From Podarcis bocagei (lineage: Eukaryota), in assembly GCA_964188305.1 (NCBI GenBank), contig OZ076892.1: 64,000 nt of DNA. One strand, given 5' to 3'. Positions 59,706 through 64,000 of this stretch are shown here, in pieces (position 1 is the first letter of the stretch; the number at the start of each line of letters is the position of its first letter). The position numbers and the translations under genes are program-made. Under the pieces are notes generated by a model. The model was given only the letters and a program-made list of their open reading frames with translations, had not been told where the DNA came from and ran no database searches.

Positions 59706-61100
59706 ATTTTATTTTACAACATCAGCATCTTAACAAGCAGGCTGTTGTCTTCTAATTTTATTTGTTTGTTTTAGAATGCTTTGCTATGGAAGAGCTATGG
59801 AAACCCCTTCACCCTGAGATCAGCAGACATGACTTTGCTCATGAGATCCTCTATTTACTGAAATCAAGTGGAATGTAACATAGTTCAGAGCAGGGACTTC
59901 TCCACCATGGAACTCATTGCATAGTGATGTCTATCTGGGGGATTCTCTGAAAAATTCTGCAGATACCTGACAGCTTTCTGTAAACTAAACACTCCACAAA
60001 GCTTCAACAGACATCAGAAGACATTTTTGTATCAAAGAGCTTTCCCCTCATTATGGAATGGCTGTTATTTATCAAACCTGATTATTATGCTGCTGCTGTT
60101 TTACTCTTTATTATATCTAAAGTTAAATTTGTTTTAAGTTCATTGCTTTAGGTATTGATTTCTCTTCTTTTCTAAAAAATAGTTTTTACCTTGTACTGTA
60201 CATCTCTTGAAATTATGTGGACTGAAGGGGGTCTCAGACAAACAGCTGTGTGTGTGAGAGAGAGAGAACGGGAGAGAGAGCAAGATTTGAATCTTGATTG
60301 TGTAAACTAGCTCAAAGTCATAAGCAGCTTTCTTTGCTCTATTACTCCACCACTTCTGCCATTTGTTCCACTTGACATTTCCCTTTTGTTTTGTTTTTGT
60401 GTAATATATTGTAATTTATCACACAAGTGATTTATTACAACCTTAGAGCATAAGGGGGCAAACCTTAGTTAAAAATAAACCCAGCTACAGTAATCCCCGA
60501 GGGTGTTTTTTTAAGTTCTCAGACTCATTTTCTCTACTGTGCAATGCACATCATATAATTGTTTAAAAAGGAAGCTGCGCCTACTCAATGTTTTTGGTGC
60601 TGAATAGTGGCTTTCGCAGGGTAATCATGAGCAGAGACGCATTCTGAGACAGAAAAGCTTCACCACCAAAGTAACAGAATGAGACCAAATAGCGTGAGGT
60701 CAGAGTTACACAGGAAGTGTGGCTGTAGCATAGCACAAAATCCCAATGACAACACAGAGCTGCTAAGGTGAGCTCATACATGCTTCTTAAATGAATTTAT
60801 GTCATGTACATATGTGCTTGTTTCATCTGCTTCCCTCAGTTTATTGATTTGCCCATTTCTTTTAAATATTTGTGCCCCACAATTCATCCAAACAGTGGAG
60901 GGATGCCAAGCCGGCTCTAGGGGTGGCCCTCTGCCCTACTTCAGTCCTCTGCCTGAAGGCTTGTTCAGCCCAAGTTTGCTGAAGCTGCCTGTCAATAATT
61001 AGCACCCAGAAAGCAGACTGAAGAGACAGGCAAGTCACCAGTAGGGATGTGGAATCATTCAGTTCATATTTAAAGCCAGATGAGAGGGGTATAAGCAGTA

Positions 61101-61102
<2 letters not shown>

Positions 61103-61151
<49 letters not shown>
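61103..61151. repeat. (TTA)n microsatellite
   Basis: Seen directly; follows gaggggtataagc, so it may be a LINE tail. Confidence 0.9.
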
Positions 61152-61152
<1 letters not shown>

Positions 61153-61189
61153 CCTAATTTGCACTTTCCGAAACAATGTTTGAACCAGT

Positions 61190-61333
61190 ATACTTCTGAA
61201 TACCAATTGCTGGAAACCAGAGGGGGAAATGCTCTTGAGCCTGGGTCCTGCTTGTGGGTTCCCCACAGGCATACGGCTGGCCATGGTAAGAAGAGGGTGC
61301 TAGACTAGATGGGCCACTGGCCTGATCTTATGT
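61190..61333 (+). mobile_element. CR1-type 3' UTR fragment
   Basis: ctgaataccaattgctggaaacc ... gtgctagactagatgggccactggcctgatc. Confidence 0.7.
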
Positions 61334-63639
61334 AAAGATAAAAATCCATCAAAGAGAGAAGTGGGGTTTCAGATATTCCTGTCAGCCTGCTGTCTCACAA
61401 GCAATGGAAGTGATAGTGCTTTCCCTACTGCTTTGGAGTTTTATTCCATCACAAATGAAGATGCAACTCTTTAAAAAGTGGCGGAACCATAATGCTATCT
61501 AAACACCAACTTACTGCAATTCAGAGATCATGGTAACAAATTTACAAAGCTGTCACAGAAGTAGGCGCAAACTATTTTTCAAAAATAAACATTTAAGATC
61601 AGACAATTTGACTCACATTTTATTATTTCATCCCTCTCTCCCACACTCTCTTTTAGGCCACTGCAGGTCTCCTTTACACTTGCAGTGACGCCTCCTTTCC
61701 ATTTGCATTTAAAAGACGGTAAATTGCAGGGTTCATAAACATTTTTATAGTGATTTATTAAAGACTAGAATGTCACTCCTGCTCTTCACACTTAAGCAGT
61801 CCTGAGAATCAGCTGCAGGGCTGCCAGCACAATCTTGCTTGGCCCATAAATATGTAAGAACAAGCTCTTTTGAAAGGTATTTGTGTGAGGTGTGCGGGGG
61901 AAGATGGGGTGTGTGTGGAATGTTATAAAGACAGAGAGTGCACTATTTAAACAACATTTGTGGCACCATTCTTCATCTTTCCACTTATTAGATGACCCAT
62001 TTTTATTCAGCCTCCAAGTAATAACTGGGTTTCCATAATTTACAAAGCACTTGGGTTTGCAAATTAGAAATGTTCAAAGGCAACTTTCCCATTATGTCGC
62101 TGAATAAACGATTCTTTATTTCCACTAGAAGAATTGGTTACAACCAGCAGAAAACATCAAAACCCAGAACTGTTCAGGGCTTTTGTTTAATTCAGATTCA
62201 CAAACTAGCCAAGCCCCCTCCCCTGCAACTTTCGAGCAGGTTATTCTTAAGGTCACTGTTCTCAAAAGACAAAAGGGAGAAGATGTGTTTGGAGCTTTCT
62301 CGGCCTCTCTGTCCTCCTTTGCAGGCAGCAAAGTCACCAAAAAAGGTAAACAGTGCCAAGAAGTATTGTTTATAAGGGCACTGTGATCTTTCCCGGATCC
62401 CGGTGGATTTTTACTACAGGGAATGTACAAACCGCCCTGAACAAACAGCATAGGAAGGAAATACATTCAGACGCACCCGCGCACACAACACCCTACATCT
62501 CTTCATTTGCCCTTCCAATGACCAGGAGGGAGTGTTTCTTTCCACTTTTTTGCATTACAATAATGGCTTCACAGCTCTTGAAAAGAGCACTAGTGCAACA
62601 GCAAATGGTGCATGACATACCAAGGCCCTGGTCTTTTGTCGAAACAGCTCCGCTCCAAAGAAAAGTCTTTCCCTGCCTTCTTTTCCTAGCCATTAACTGT
62701 GATGAAATGAGTTTTCCCCCTTTTTTTTATTCCACCCCCCGCTGTCTATTACAGCCTGACCTGTTTGCACTTATGCACAGATTATTTCATAGACATCCTT
62801 TCTTTTTAAAAAAATGAGTTTGAGAGTTTGTGCCTACAAGGTTATCTGCACACAAAAAATGCCTCATTCTGTATATTCTTTTCCTTTTCTTTTTTTCTTT
62901 TAGTTGATCTCTCTGATAACAACAGGGCCATTCACTTTGCATTCCTCTGATAAGTAGCTCCATACTAGACATTCCCCCCCTACTTTTGGGTGCCAATTGT
63001 CAAGACTCCAGCAGAAAATACATTGCCATGATAAAAAGTAGGAGGTGTGTATGTGTGTATATATGGAATAAGAAGAAGAATATATTTGCTTTAAATACAA
63101 TATAATGGTTTTTTTTCAGAGAAAATCACTGCCAGGTATAGGAAGTTATAGCAACAACGCCTAAGAATTTTAACACTGTTTTCAAATATAATCTCTTATA
63201 AAACTCGTGTTAGCAGCACTGAATGGAAACCACAGAAAATCAATGATTGAACTGATTGCATGAATTAGGGTTTGGTTAAATTTAATCAAAGAGCTTACTA
63301 GAGTCTGATATATAACTATTTCCGGTCATAATAAACAACTGAATCAAGGAGAGTAGGATCATAAGGCTTTACTACAGAAAATTACTTAGCACTGCGATAC
63401 AGAACCTTATATCCACACTGTTGGGAAATGAGAATTACTCCCATCTGGTTGACTAAGTTTTGATTAATTGTTTTTCTCATGAACTGTTTTACTCAATTCT
63501 TGTTATTATTTATTAAGCATCTGTTAAATGCCAACAATATACAGGAACTCCACTGTGTACATGAGCTTTTTCTTCACCTTCTTCTTTAATGGCTTCACAC
63601 ATTACTTCTTCACCCATGTAGGGACTTTTCTTAATGTGG

Positions 63640-63985
63640 GGAGGGTGTGACTGAGAGACATGTGTATGTACAGTGTGGGTATGAGAGATTCAGGCATGTG
63701 GGTTTGACTGTGTGGTCTGTCTTTTGTGTGGTCACTGAGAGGGAAATATGTGTGTGGGTGCATGTCAGTGAGAGAGACTTAGAGACAGAGAGGGAAATAT
63801 GTATGTGTGACTTGTGAGAGATCTATGTAGAGTGGCTGTGTGTTTATGAGAGAGACGGGGAAAAGGGGATGCAGGGACGGCTGTGCTTATGTGTATGAGA
63901 GAGTGAGAGTGATGCATGTGTGTCTGTGGTATGAATGTATGCATGTGCTGTGTGTGTGACACAGAAAGAGAGAGAGTGTGGTGTA
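63640..63985. repeat. Degenerate GT/GA-rich low-complexity tract
   Basis: Recurring tgtgtg, gagaga and agagggaaatatg motifs. Confidence 0.7.
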
Positions 63986-64000
63986 GTGACCATGAATATT

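Noticed and set aside
62070-62817. Overlapping 60-154-aa ORFs / possible exon at about 62196-62239
   Set aside because: No recognisable protein similarity, a weak donor site and no partner exons. A small exon cannot be excluded without RNA-seq.

Overview
This is non-coding vertebrate DNA: AT-leaning, CpG-depleted and repeat-rich. The repeat families (a Squam3-type SINE, tRNA-headed Squam2-like SINEs, CR1/L2/L1 relics, many hAT and Tc1/mariner MITEs) point to a squamate, probably a lacertid lizard; this is inferred from recalled family consensus patterns, not a database search. I found no convincing host protein-coding exon, and the longer ORFs in the track come from GC-rich transposon interiors, microsatellites or palindromes. 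Repeat-free blocks rich in homeodomain motifs suggest a large intron or gene desert near a developmental gene. The most striking signals are two unrelated Penelope-like fold-back insertions (29415-29690 and 39235-39438) that each carry a minimal hammerhead ribozyme core. The first is a 250-bp near-perfect palindrome inside a (TA)n tract, so the ribozyme is encoded on both strands. Also notable: a MITE built from tandem GC-rich hairpins with compensatory changes, a hAT family with telomeric GGGTTAGGG motifs and CpG-island-like cargo, a 47-bp locally templated capture, and a pre-miRNA-sized hairpin.
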